From the NCBI GenBank assembly GCA_050633305.1, contig JBOEGF010000018.1, positions 672,001-736,000 of the forward strand: a stretch of DNA of 64,000 nt. The letters run 5' to 3'. Positions 1 through 8,202 of the stretch are shown here, one piece after another. The DNA is from Nannocystales bacterium. GTDB taxonomy: Bacteria; Myxococcota_A; Polyangia; Nannocystales; Nannocystaceae. The translations under genes were made by a program, and so were the position numbers. Each line of letters starts with the position of its first letter. Positions within the stretch are counted from its first letter, which is position 1. The notes beneath the pieces were generated by a model that worked only from the letters and a program-made list of their open reading frames with translations, searched no databases and was not told the origin of the DNA.

Positions 1-1251
1 CTCGACCGCGCGCAGCAGCCAGCGCGAGTTGTAGGCGACGCCTTCGAGGACGGCTCGAACCAGGTGGGCGCGTGTTGTGGCGAGAGAGAGGTTGAGGAAC
101 GAGCCACGAACGCGCTCGTCGGCGACGGGGCAGCGCTCACCGACCAGCCACGGCGTGAAGAGGACGTTGTCGCTTCCGGGGGGAGCACTGCGCGCGAGGG
201 CATCGATGCGCGAGAAAACGTCCGCGGGAGGAATGTCTCGGCCGAGAGCGTCATCGCCGTACAGCACACCGTCGCGGAGCCAGTTGAGACTCCCCCCCGC
301 GGTTTCCTGCGAGTTCCCGACGAAGTACTGACCGGGCAGCGCAGATGGAAGGCTGGCGATGTTGCGAAACAGGTCGGTCTTCTTGAACGGGACGTGCGCG
401 CTGATCCACGATGATGTCCCCAAGTAGAGGTGTGCCCTCGCGGGGCCGACGGCGCCTGAACCCACCGCAGCCGATTGCACATCCGGAGTCCCGCAGACGA
501 CGGGCGTGCCTTGGGGCAGACCTAGATCCTCCGCGGCAGAACCGCACAGGGGGTCGAGAATCTCCGTAGCCGCTCGCAACGGGGGGAGCTTTTCCCGGGG
601 GAGTCCGGTGAGTGCCAGCAGCCCGTCGTCGTAGGTCACCGCATCCAGGTCTCGATTGTCAGTCACCCAGTGCATCGCGATGGAGTCGTAGGACGCGGCC
701 GCGGTGCCCGTGAGCCGTAGGTTGAGATAGTCCTTCGGTTCGAGAAACCAGCGGGCGGCGTCGTAGCGAGCTCGGTCCGTCCGTTTCATCCAAAGGATAT
801 GGCCGACCGGGTCCTTCCCGTTGAGGCTGGGAGCGCCACCGGTCTTGCGCACCCAGCTGGCGACCTTGCGCGGGGAGTATCCTTCGACGGAGACCCAGCC
901 CTTGCACAGCGCTCGAACGTCCTGCGCACCGCGAGTATCCATCCATAGGATCGCGTTCCCAAGCGCGGAGCCGTTGGCGTCGACCGCCACCGTTCCGGCC
1001 CACTGCGCGGTGACGCTGATCGCTTTGACGGCGCTCGCTTCGAAGCTGGGATGGGCTCGAACTTCGGCGGTCGCCTCCGCGATGGCCTGCCACCACTGGT
1101 CGGGGTCCTGTTCCGCGCCGCCGCCGGGCTGAAGGATCAGCGTGGTGGGCCGAACGGCGGTCGTGAGCACGCGGCCACCCACGGTGACGAGCGCGACCTT
1201 GGGGCCCGAAGTGCCCAGATCGATCGCAAGTATCGTCGCGTCGGCACCCAA
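1..1251 (-). CDS. FGGY-family carbohydrate kinase (xylulokinase-like), 3' end outside window
   Basis: Not in the ORF track (no stop in window). Manual minus-strand translation from TTG at 1251 gives ILAIDLGTSGPKVAL, EQDPDQWWQA, AILWMDTR, YLGTSSW, LFTPWLVGERCP and RAVLEGVAY, all FGGY motifs. Confidence 0.9.
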   Translation of the reverse strand, partial: MGADATILAIDLGTSGPKVALVTVGGRVLTTAVRPTTLILQPGGGAEQDPDQWWQAIAEATAEVRAHPSFEASAVKAISVTAQWAGTVAVDANGSALGNAILWMDTRGAQDVRALCKGWVSVEGYSPRKVASWVRKTGGAPSLNGKDPVGHILWMKRTDRARYDAARWFLEPKDYLNLRLTGTAAASYDSIAMHWVTDNRDLDAVTYDDGLLALTGLPREKLPPLRAATEILDPLCGSAAEDLGLPQGTPVVCGTPDVQSAAVGSGAVGPARAHLYLGTSSWISAHVPFKKTDLFRNIASLPSALPGQYFVGNSQETAGGSLNWLRDGVLYGDDALGRDIPPADVFSRIDALARSAPPGSDNVLFTPWLVGERCPVADERVRGSFLNLSLATTRAHLVRAVLEGVAYNSRWLLRAVE

Positions 1252-1282
1252 CGGGGCGCAGTCTACTACGCCAGGCCCGGGA

Positions 1283-2047
1283 CTATCCGGCGATGACGGT
1301 GACGTCTCCGGTTCCGACTTCGATCTCGAGTTCGAGCACGTTCTCCGACGAGGCGGCCAGCGAATTCGTGTACTCGTCCCCGTCTTGCTCGAGTCCGCGG
1401 ACCACGATGTCCCCGATACCGTGCTCGACCTCCACCTGAAGACCGATGCCCCGCGGCAGGTAGACGGTGACGTCACCGGTCCCCGATGCGATCGAAATCT
1501 CGTTGGTGCCGGTCCACGTCGAACGCTTGGCATCGACGCTGACGTCTCCGGTTCCGGCTTCGACCGTGATCGAGGCCTGCGCGACGCTTGCGTCCCCGAA
1601 GTCCACGTCGAGGTCGCCGATGCCCACGGTGGAACCCAGCCCCCGCACCTGGACCCCGGAGAGATCCATGCCGATGTCTCCGAGGGTTGAGGTCGCCCTG
1701 AGGTTCATGGGCAGCTCCGTCGACAGACAGATGTCGAGGTCCATGTCACCGCCGCGTCCTGCCTTGCCGAGCAGTTCGACCTCGACGATGCCCTGACCGT
1801 TCTCGTCGAGAGCGTATTGGGTGTCTGCGTGGGCGCGCTTCGCGTCGTACCTCGCCCGGGCCTGTGCAAGGCTGCAGCTGCCGCCGCGGACGGCCAGGTC
1901 GCCGTTGGTCAGGAGTTCGACGGAGGCGGAGCGCGCCCCATCTCGTGGAAATACGAACTGCGCGTCGACCGGGTCCGGCCCGATCGGTTCCGCGAGGTGC
2001 CCGCAGCCAACAGCGAGGGTGAGGAGTGGGAGGGCGAATCTCGTCAC
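1283..2047 (-). CDS. Lipoprotein with DUF2154/DUF4097-like (LiaF/LiaG 'toast-rack') beta-repeat domain
   Basis: Lipobox-like LAVGC and repeated G(I/T)GD(V/L/I)x(V/I) units. GTG start chosen within ORF 1283..2119. Confidence 0.65.
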   Translation of the reverse strand: MTRFALPLLTLAVGCGHLAEPIGPDPVDAQFVFPRDGARSASVELLTNGDLAVRGGSCSLAQARARYDAKRAHADTQYALDENGQGIVEVELLGKAGRGGDMDLDICLSTELPMNLRATSTLGDIGMDLSGVQVRGLGSTVGIGDLDVDFGDASVAQASITVEAGTGDVSVDAKRSTWTGTNEISIASGTGDVTVYLPRGIGLQVEVEHGIGDIVVRGLEQDGDEYTNSLAASSENVLELEIEVGTGDVTVIAG

Positions 2048-2148
2048 GGCGTCGTGCTCTATGCGTCTGGGGACGGGCTGGGTTGCCTCAGGGGCAAAAA
2101 AAAGATCGGGGATGCGCACGGATTCTCTCCCAGCAGGCCAAGGACCCG

Positions 2149-2487
2149 ATGATGCGCTATTCCAAGGTCATGCTTCGTCCCACCGTCCTCGCCGTGGTGT
2201 GTGTCTGGGTCGGTGGATGTGCGACGATTCAGCTGGACGCGCGACCCACCGCGATCGAGCTCGCCGTGGCCGAAGACGAAGACCTCGGGGCTCCGGGACC
2301 CACCGCGGAAGAGCGGCAGGCGGCGCGGGATGCTCAGGCTCAGGCGGCGTTGGACGATCCGAAGGCAACGCACATCGACTTCGACGGCGAAGAGGCCAAC
2401 GACGCGCCCGTCGAGATGGTGACGATCCCCCCGGACCGCACGCCCTCGCACTCGCTGATTCAAGACATCACAATGGGCCCCGGTTGA
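2149..2487 (+). CDS. Small hypothetical lipoprotein
   Basis: Hydrophobic N-terminus ending VGGC, followed by an acidic body. Confidence 0.5.
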   Translation: MMRYSKVMLRPTVLAVVCVWVGGCATIQLDARPTAIELAVAEDEDLGAPGPTAEERQAARDAQAQAALDDPKATHIDFDGEEANDAPVEMVTIPPDRTPSHSLIQDITMGPG

Positions 2488-2562
2488 GCCCTGTGCCCCG
2501 CTGAACGGCACAGCGGAGTTCGTGTTTGGTGGGGTCATGGAGGCTGATAGCCTCCCGTTTCC

Positions 2563-3384
2563 ATGAAGAATTTCCGAGGACGGGTTGCCGTGATCACCGG
2601 TGCCGCAAGCGGGATCGGTCGCGCGTTGTCGATCGCATTGGCCGAGCGAGGGTGCGAGCTCGCTTTGGTCGACGTCAAAGAGGACGACCTCCGAGACGTG
2701 CAGAACGAATGCAAGCACCACGGTCGGCGGGTTAGCGTTCATTGCGTAGATGTCGCCTCCCGCGCCGCGATGGGGGAGCTTCCCGCCGCCGTTGAATCCG
2801 CGCACGGGGCGGTTGATATCGTCGTCAACAACGCTGGCGTCACGGTCGCATCGAACCTCGAGGACCAGGACCTCGATGATTTCGAGTGGCTGATGGGTAT
2901 CAACGTTTGGGGCGTGGTCTACGGGTGCAAGTTCTTTCTCCCCCTGCTCAAACGGAGTGACGATGCCTACATCGTCAACATCTCGAGCATGTTCGGGCTG
3001 GTGGGGGTCCCCGGGCAATCGTCGTATTGCCTGAGCAAGTTTGCGGTCCGAGGGTTCTCCGAATCGATCGGGGCTGAGCTGGCGGAGACGAACGTTCGGG
3101 TGATGAGCGTGCACCCTGGCGGCATTGCGACGAACATTGTCCGCGATGCTCGGTGGGCCAAGGATGACCTCGAGGGTAGGAGTCGTGCGATGCGCTTCTT
3201 TGAGCAGCGTGCGATGCCGCCGGAGCGAGCTGCCCTGCGAATCATCGAGGGGATGGAGCGCGGAGCGACTCGTAAACTCATCGCGTCAGAGACGTTTCTG
3301 ACGGATGCCGTCAAGCGAGTCATACCTGTATTGCCGCCGCGGTGGCTTGCAAAGGCACGCAAGGTCTTCGACCGAAATCGGTGA
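2563..3384 (+). CDS. SDR-family oxidoreductase
   Basis: TGAASGIG, NNAG and YxxxK (YCLSK) motifs. Confidence 0.95.
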   Translation: MKNFRGRVAVITGAASGIGRALSIALAERGCELALVDVKEDDLRDVQNECKHHGRRVSVHCVDVASRAAMGELPAAVESAHGAVDIVVNNAGVTVASNLEDQDLDDFEWLMGINVWGVVYGCKFFLPLLKRSDDAYIVNISSMFGLVGVPGQSSYCLSKFAVRGFSESIGAELAETNVRVMSVHPGGIATNIVRDARWAKDDLEGRSRAMRFFEQRAMPPERAALRIIEGMERGATRKLIASETFLTDAVKRVIPVLPPRWLAKARKVFDRNR

Positions 3385-3387
3385 GGG

Positions 3388-4188
3388 GTGTACCGTACGG
3401 ATTCGATGGAGTCCGTTCCTGACTGCACCCTGATCGGCGCTTCGCAGGATCTGGAGGGCGTGGCCTGTCCGATCGGTCGCGGTGAGGTGATGGTGGGTCG
3501 AAGCCTCGAAGCCGTCCTTCGCCTTCAGAGCGATGGGGTGTCGAGGTTCCACGCTCGCATTGAATGGGCGGAACACGGGGCGTTGTTGTTGTCCGATCTG
3601 GGTTCGTCGAACGGAACGTTCGTCAACGGGCGACGCGTGAACGAGCCCGAATCGCTCAAGGACGGCGATCGAATCCGCTTCGGCCCGTCGGCGGCGTTCG
3701 TCGTGCGCTACGGGAGCGACGCCGGCCCTGACACCATTGAGGTCCGGCACCCGACGCATTCGGAGACGACTGTCGATCTTCTCGCCACGCGCAACCAGGC
3801 GCGGATCCTGTTGTCTCGCATGGAGTACGGTTCTGCGCTGCCGTTGTTCATCGAGGTCCTCGATGCCCTCGACGCGGCAGCCCACGGAACCCTGGCGTCG
3901 AGCGAGGACATCGCTGAACTTCTCACCGAACTCGCTCGGTGCCATGTCGGTCTTCACGCGCCGACGGAGGCGGTGCCACTGTGCCGCCGCGCCGCGGCTC
4001 TGTTGCTGAGTTCGAGTGCCGGCAACGCATCCTTGGTCCGGGCGAACTTCGTTCTTGGGAAGGCGCTGTTCGCCGAGGCACCGACTGAGGCGAGGAAGAT
4101 CGTGACCGAGGCGGTCGAGTCTCTGGCTACAGGCGTTGCGCTTCGGCAAGAGATCGAGGCCTGGCTTGCGATCGCGGACCCCGCCTAG
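3388..4188 (+). CDS. FHA-domain protein with C-terminal TPR-like helices
   Basis: GR..VSRFHA..DLGSSNGTFVNG FHA signature and a helical Ala/Leu-rich tail. Confidence 0.85.
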   Translation: MYRTDSMESVPDCTLIGASQDLEGVACPIGRGEVMVGRSLEAVLRLQSDGVSRFHARIEWAEHGALLLSDLGSSNGTFVNGRRVNEPESLKDGDRIRFGPSAAFVVRYGSDAGPDTIEVRHPTHSETTVDLLATRNQARILLSRMEYGSALPLFIEVLDALDAAAHGTLASSEDIAELLTELARCHVGLHAPTEAVPLCRRAAALLLSSSAGNASLVRANFVLGKALFAEAPTEARKIVTEAVESLATGVALRQEIEAWLAIADPA

Positions 4189-4424
4189 CCGCGCACGATC
4201 GTGGCGATCGCGGCATGCGCGGGGTTTACGTCACTGGGAGCGGGGGAATCGCGCAGCCGATCCATCCTCGCCAACACACCGTAACCATTGGCGGCGGGTA
4301 TCCGTGCCGCGCGCACATCGAAACACATGACCAGGCACGGAGAGCCGGAGATCACGAGCGTCTTTGCGGCCCTGGCTCTTCCGGCTGCTATGCTCAATGC
4401 ATCTTACTTTGACTTGGATTTGAG

Positions 4425-5516
4425 ATGATGAGGCACCTTGCCAACTTCCGTGACGCGTTCGGAGCCGCCCTTTGGGCGGGCCTTCTCGTCACAGCCGGAG
4501 CGTGTAGCAACACGACTTCGGTCGACGCGGCGTCTTTGGACGACGGCGCCGACACAGCAGGCGCCCCCGGTTCAACCGGGAATGCCGCCGACGACGATGG
4601 AATCACCGGCCCGGGTCTGGGCAGCACCGGACCGGGTGCCGACGAGACCGGCGAGAGCGGGAAGGGATACGGCAGCACTGGCGGTGAATCCGGGGAGGTC
4701 GAACCCGTCCCCGAGGCCGGTCCGTTTCCGACGTGTCCCGACGAGCTCCCTGTAGGCTGGATCTTCTGCGAGGACTTCGAGACCGTCGGCGACCCCTCTG
4801 AGGTGTTCTTCGACTACCTCGACGCGGAGGGAAACTTCGTGCCCAGTCGCGAAGGCGGGGCCTCAGGTGTCGGTTCGATGCGGGCCCACTACCGTGAGGG
4901 CATCGAAGGGGCAGGGTTCATGAGCGTCTCGTTCGGGAACAACCCGATCAACACCGCAGGCCGCCCCGGATACAGCGAGGGCGACAAGTTCGACGAGGTC
5001 TACTGGCGCTTCCGCGTGAAGATGCAGCCGGGCTGGCCCGATGCAGGCCCGTACAATCTCTCTCGCATCAGCGCATTCGCGCAGTCGGATTGGGGGGAGG
5101 CCATGGTGGCCTCGATCGCCTCCGACGATGCCGAGGTCAACCTGCGTGCATCCGCGGCGAGTTGCGTTCAAAACAACGAGGTCGAGTGCACCGGGATCGA
5201 TGGCGACGCTCTGGTGCCGCTGGGAACCCTCAATGGCAGCACCCCGGTCTTCTCAGCGTTGCGCGCGGGCAAATGGCAGTGCGTCGAGGCGCACGTCAAG
5301 CTCAACACCCCAGGTGAGGCTGACGGCATGTTCGAGTTCTGGGTTGATGGCGAACTCGAAGCCGACCGGGTCGGGATGGACTGGCGCGGAACGTGGGAGG
5401 CGTTTGGTCTCAACCTCCTGTCCATCGAGAACTTCTGGGTTGGAGGCGCACCGGCGGACCTCGACCGATGGTTCGACGACGTCGTCATCTCTACCGAGCC
5501 GATCGGCTGCCAGTAG
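4425..5516 (+). CDS. Secreted lipoprotein with ConA/LamG-like (polysaccharide-lyase-like) domain
   Basis: Lipobox AGAC, Gly/Thr-rich linker, FCEDFE, GKWQCVE..LNTPG..DG..EFWVDG and WFDDVVIS. Confidence 0.6.
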   Translation: MMRHLANFRDAFGAALWAGLLVTAGACSNTTSVDAASLDDGADTAGAPGSTGNAADDDGITGPGLGSTGPGADETGESGKGYGSTGGESGEVEPVPEAGPFPTCPDELPVGWIFCEDFETVGDPSEVFFDYLDAEGNFVPSREGGASGVGSMRAHYREGIEGAGFMSVSFGNNPINTAGRPGYSEGDKFDEVYWRFRVKMQPGWPDAGPYNLSRISAFAQSDWGEAMVASIASDDAEVNLRASAASCVQNNEVECTGIDGDALVPLGTLNGSTPVFSALRAGKWQCVEAHVKLNTPGEADGMFEFWVDGELEADRVGMDWRGTWEAFGLNLLSIENFWVGGAPADLDRWFDDVVISTEPIGCQ

Positions 5517-5519
5517 CGA

Positions 5520-6629
5520 CTACTTCCCTTTGCAGCGGGGCTCGTTGTCTGCGCAACGAAACCGGACGTGGATGTGCTCGTCGTGTCCCCGGGAGTGGCG
5601 AACAAGGGGCGACGCTTTGGGTCGCCACTGCGGGAAGATGAGGTAGTTCTCGAGGGTCTCGCGGCTCTCCCCCATCGTGCGGGCTGCCTCGTAGACGCGG
5701 CGGTGCAGGTCAGCGTCGAGGAACACGACCGTCACCGCCTCCGTCGCCCCGAGCGCCTTGATCAATGCCCAGGTCGCATACCAATCGATCTCGTCGGCGT
5801 TGGGGTGCTTGGTGTCGGGCACATGCGCAAGCAGAGGCAGGCGGATGTCGACGTCGCGGCCGGACTGGTGAGACTTGTGGGGCGGAAGCTTCCGCCCGTT
5901 GCGTTTGCTGATCGAGCCAACAATGATCTCGTGTTCGAACCCGGTGTCGTATCGAAAGTTGGCGAACGCGATCTGCAGCTGTTCGATCGTGTACGAACTC
6001 CCCCAGAGCACCCGTTTCACGCCGCGGGTGTACAGAGGGCTTTCGGGGAGCTGGACAGCGTTGACGAGCCGCCCCCGGTTCGGTCGCCCGACGGACAATC
6101 CGCCTTCGGGGACGTCGAAGGACTCGGGAACCTCGTCGCCTAGCCCCGGTCGCACGGAAAGCGACAGCGCGGGGTCGACCCACGCCATCAGCGGACGCCC
6201 TGGCTTGAGGCGCCGCTGCTGCCAGTTCCACGCATGCAGGTCGGGGATCTCCACCCGCAGCTGGGCCGCGACGTCCCCCCAGGTTTCTTCTTCTGCGGGC
6301 ACGTAGGCCACCTTCATCCGAGGCGGAACGATGCGACGCGTCCGGACCTTCACACTCCGCTTTCCCCGAGGCGGGTAGGGCTGCTGCGGGTCGAGCTTGT
6401 TCCATTCGACAAGCTTCTCGCGTCGAACACCATAGCGAGCCGCGATCTGGCTGACACGTTCCCGATGGCGGATGCGGTGACGGATCCAGTGTGAGCGTTC
6501 GGCATGCTCGACCGGTCCGGCGAGTGCCGCGACCTCGTCCCACGTTCGAACGGTCGGTTGCTCCGCGAGGTCGCCGGATTCGCTGCCCACGGACAGCAAC
6601 ATCAGCAGCGACGACCCCACCAACGACAC
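5520..6629 (-). CDS. LysM-domain penicillin-insensitive murein endopeptidase (MepA-like)
   Basis: Two LysM-like units, GRPNRGRLVNAVQLP, HKSHQSGRDVDI and HDEHIHVRF. Start approximate, near a GGAGG. Confidence 0.85.
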   Translation of the reverse strand: MSLVGSSLLMLLSVGSESGDLAEQPTVRTWDEVAALAGPVEHAERSHWIRHRIRHRERVSQIAARYGVRREKLVEWNKLDPQQPYPPRGKRSVKVRTRRIVPPRMKVAYVPAEEETWGDVAAQLRVEIPDLHAWNWQQRRLKPGRPLMAWVDPALSLSVRPGLGDEVPESFDVPEGGLSVGRPNRGRLVNAVQLPESPLYTRGVKRVLWGSSYTIEQLQIAFANFRYDTGFEHEIIVGSISKRNGRKLPPHKSHQSGRDVDIRLPLLAHVPDTKHPNADEIDWYATWALIKALGATEAVTVVFLDADLHRRVYEAARTMGESRETLENYLIFPQWRPKASPLVRHSRGHDEHIHVRFRCADNEPRCKGK

Positions 6630-6670
6630 GCCTCCCTTTTTATCAGACCTCCGCGGTAGTCTCGGGGGCA

Positions 6671-8191
6671 GTGGCGTCTCGCATCTGGCTCCAGGCCTGT
6701 TTCGACTTCGCAACGACGCATGCGATCGAGGCCCGATACGTGGATGCGCTGCATGCTTTCGCCTATCCCAACCCCCGGGGGGGCCCGCCTCCGCCACCGG
6801 AACCTCGCTGGGCGGAGGACTTCGAGGCGTTGGAGCAGCTGCGGTGCGCACACCCGCTGGACGAACTACAGCTCCGCACATCCTTGGTCTCGGATCTGTC
6901 GGTCGAGGTCGACGCGGGGCAGGCGGCGATTTTTGCCCGGCGCATTGCCACCGTCGAACGCCAGCTGATCGGCCTGGACGATGCGACCGGGCGGCTGCTC
7001 CGTGTCGGACTCCGACAACGGCTCGAGGGGATTCTCGCTGCGCCACGCCCTCGCGCGCTTCGGGTACGGGCGCTCGCCGACTTCTACTACTCTTTTGCTG
7101 GACGCTGGCTTCACGAGCGAAGCAGCTCGTCACCCGCTCCTTCGCTCGCGGACGCAACCGCTTCGTTGGCGTGGGAGACGGTGTTTGAGGGTGGTGAACT
7201 CGCGGTGATCGACGGTGTGTTCTCCACGGGACCGGTACACGCGAATCTGCTGAGACTGCGTCCCGGTTCGGTGCGTGCTCGGGTGCTGGACCGCCGTGAT
7301 GCGGTCGCCCGCGGGACCCCCTTCGCCGAGCACGTGGATGCGCTGGGTGCTGCGGCTGCGATCTCCGGCGGTTTCTTCTTGTACAGCGAACCCGACATCG
7401 CACCGCCGTCGCAGCGCTTCGACCCCGTGGGACTGCTCGTGTCTGGGGGAGACGTCCTCTCGCCGCCGTTGTTCTGCCGCGGCGCGCTCGTCTTCGATGC
7501 GCAGGGGCGGTGGTCCATCGAACGCCGTGGTCCCGCCGGGGTTCGTGTCGTCCAGGGGAAGGCGTCCGTTGAGCTTGCGTCCGCGCTCACCCGCTGCGCC
7601 TGCGAGCAAGGCCCGGATGTTCCATCCGTCTCGGTCGCGGCGGGCCGGGTCGTCGCGACGGGGCGCCGGCTCGACGTGCCGCTCAATGGCTTCGTCGTGC
7701 CTTCGTCCGGGGCGTGGACCGTGGGTCAGGCCGTGTCGTTCTCGGCGCCGCGCATGGCCGAGGGGACCGAGGTGCACGAGGGGGTCGCAGGTGGTCCACT
7801 GTTGCTCGACGAAGGGGCGCCCTGTTTGGATCTGAGAGCGGAGGGGTTCTGGGGCACGGCTCCTCCTCTGACCTTCTCTCAGGACGAAACCGGCGATCGC
7901 AATACGCTTCCTCGGTTGGCGGCGGGCATCGACGGCGACGGCAATCTCATCCTTGTTGCCGTCGATGGTCGGAACTTCAAACGGGCGCTGGGGATGACCT
8001 TGGGCGAGGTCACTGATCTGCTCTCGAACCTCGGGTGCGTGGTGGCGACGAACCTCGACGGAGGGTCCTCGAAGCGAATGGTCGTCGGTGGAAAGACGCT
8101 CGATCTCGCGTCGACGGAGGTGGAGCAAGGAACCCCCGAAACGGCCAAGGTCCGGCCTGTTCACACCGCCGTCGTGTTCATGACTGCGTGA
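6671..8191 (+). CDS. Phosphodiester glycosidase family protein (NAGPA/DUF2233) with unknown N-terminal helical domain
   Basis: ISGGFF, GGPLLL, PRLAAG..VAVDGR..GMTL and ATNLDGGSS motifs. Start uncertain. Confidence 0.8.
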   Translation: MASRIWLQACFDFATTHAIEARYVDALHAFAYPNPRGGPPPPPEPRWAEDFEALEQLRCAHPLDELQLRTSLVSDLSVEVDAGQAAIFARRIATVERQLIGLDDATGRLLRVGLRQRLEGILAAPRPRALRVRALADFYYSFAGRWLHERSSSSPAPSLADATASLAWETVFEGGELAVIDGVFSTGPVHANLLRLRPGSVRARVLDRRDAVARGTPFAEHVDALGAAAAISGGFFLYSEPDIAPPSQRFDPVGLLVSGGDVLSPPLFCRGALVFDAQGRWSIERRGPAGVRVVQGKASVELASALTRCACEQGPDVPSVSVAAGRVVATGRRLDVPLNGFVVPSSGAWTVGQAVSFSAPRMAEGTEVHEGVAGGPLLLDEGAPCLDLRAEGFWGTAPPLTFSQDETGDRNTLPRLAAGIDGDGNLILVAVDGRNFKRALGMTLGEVTDLLSNLGCVVATNLDGGSSKRMVVGGKTLDLASTEVEQGTPETAKVRPVHTAVVFMTA

Positions 8192-8202
8192 TAGTGTCGG
8201 GC

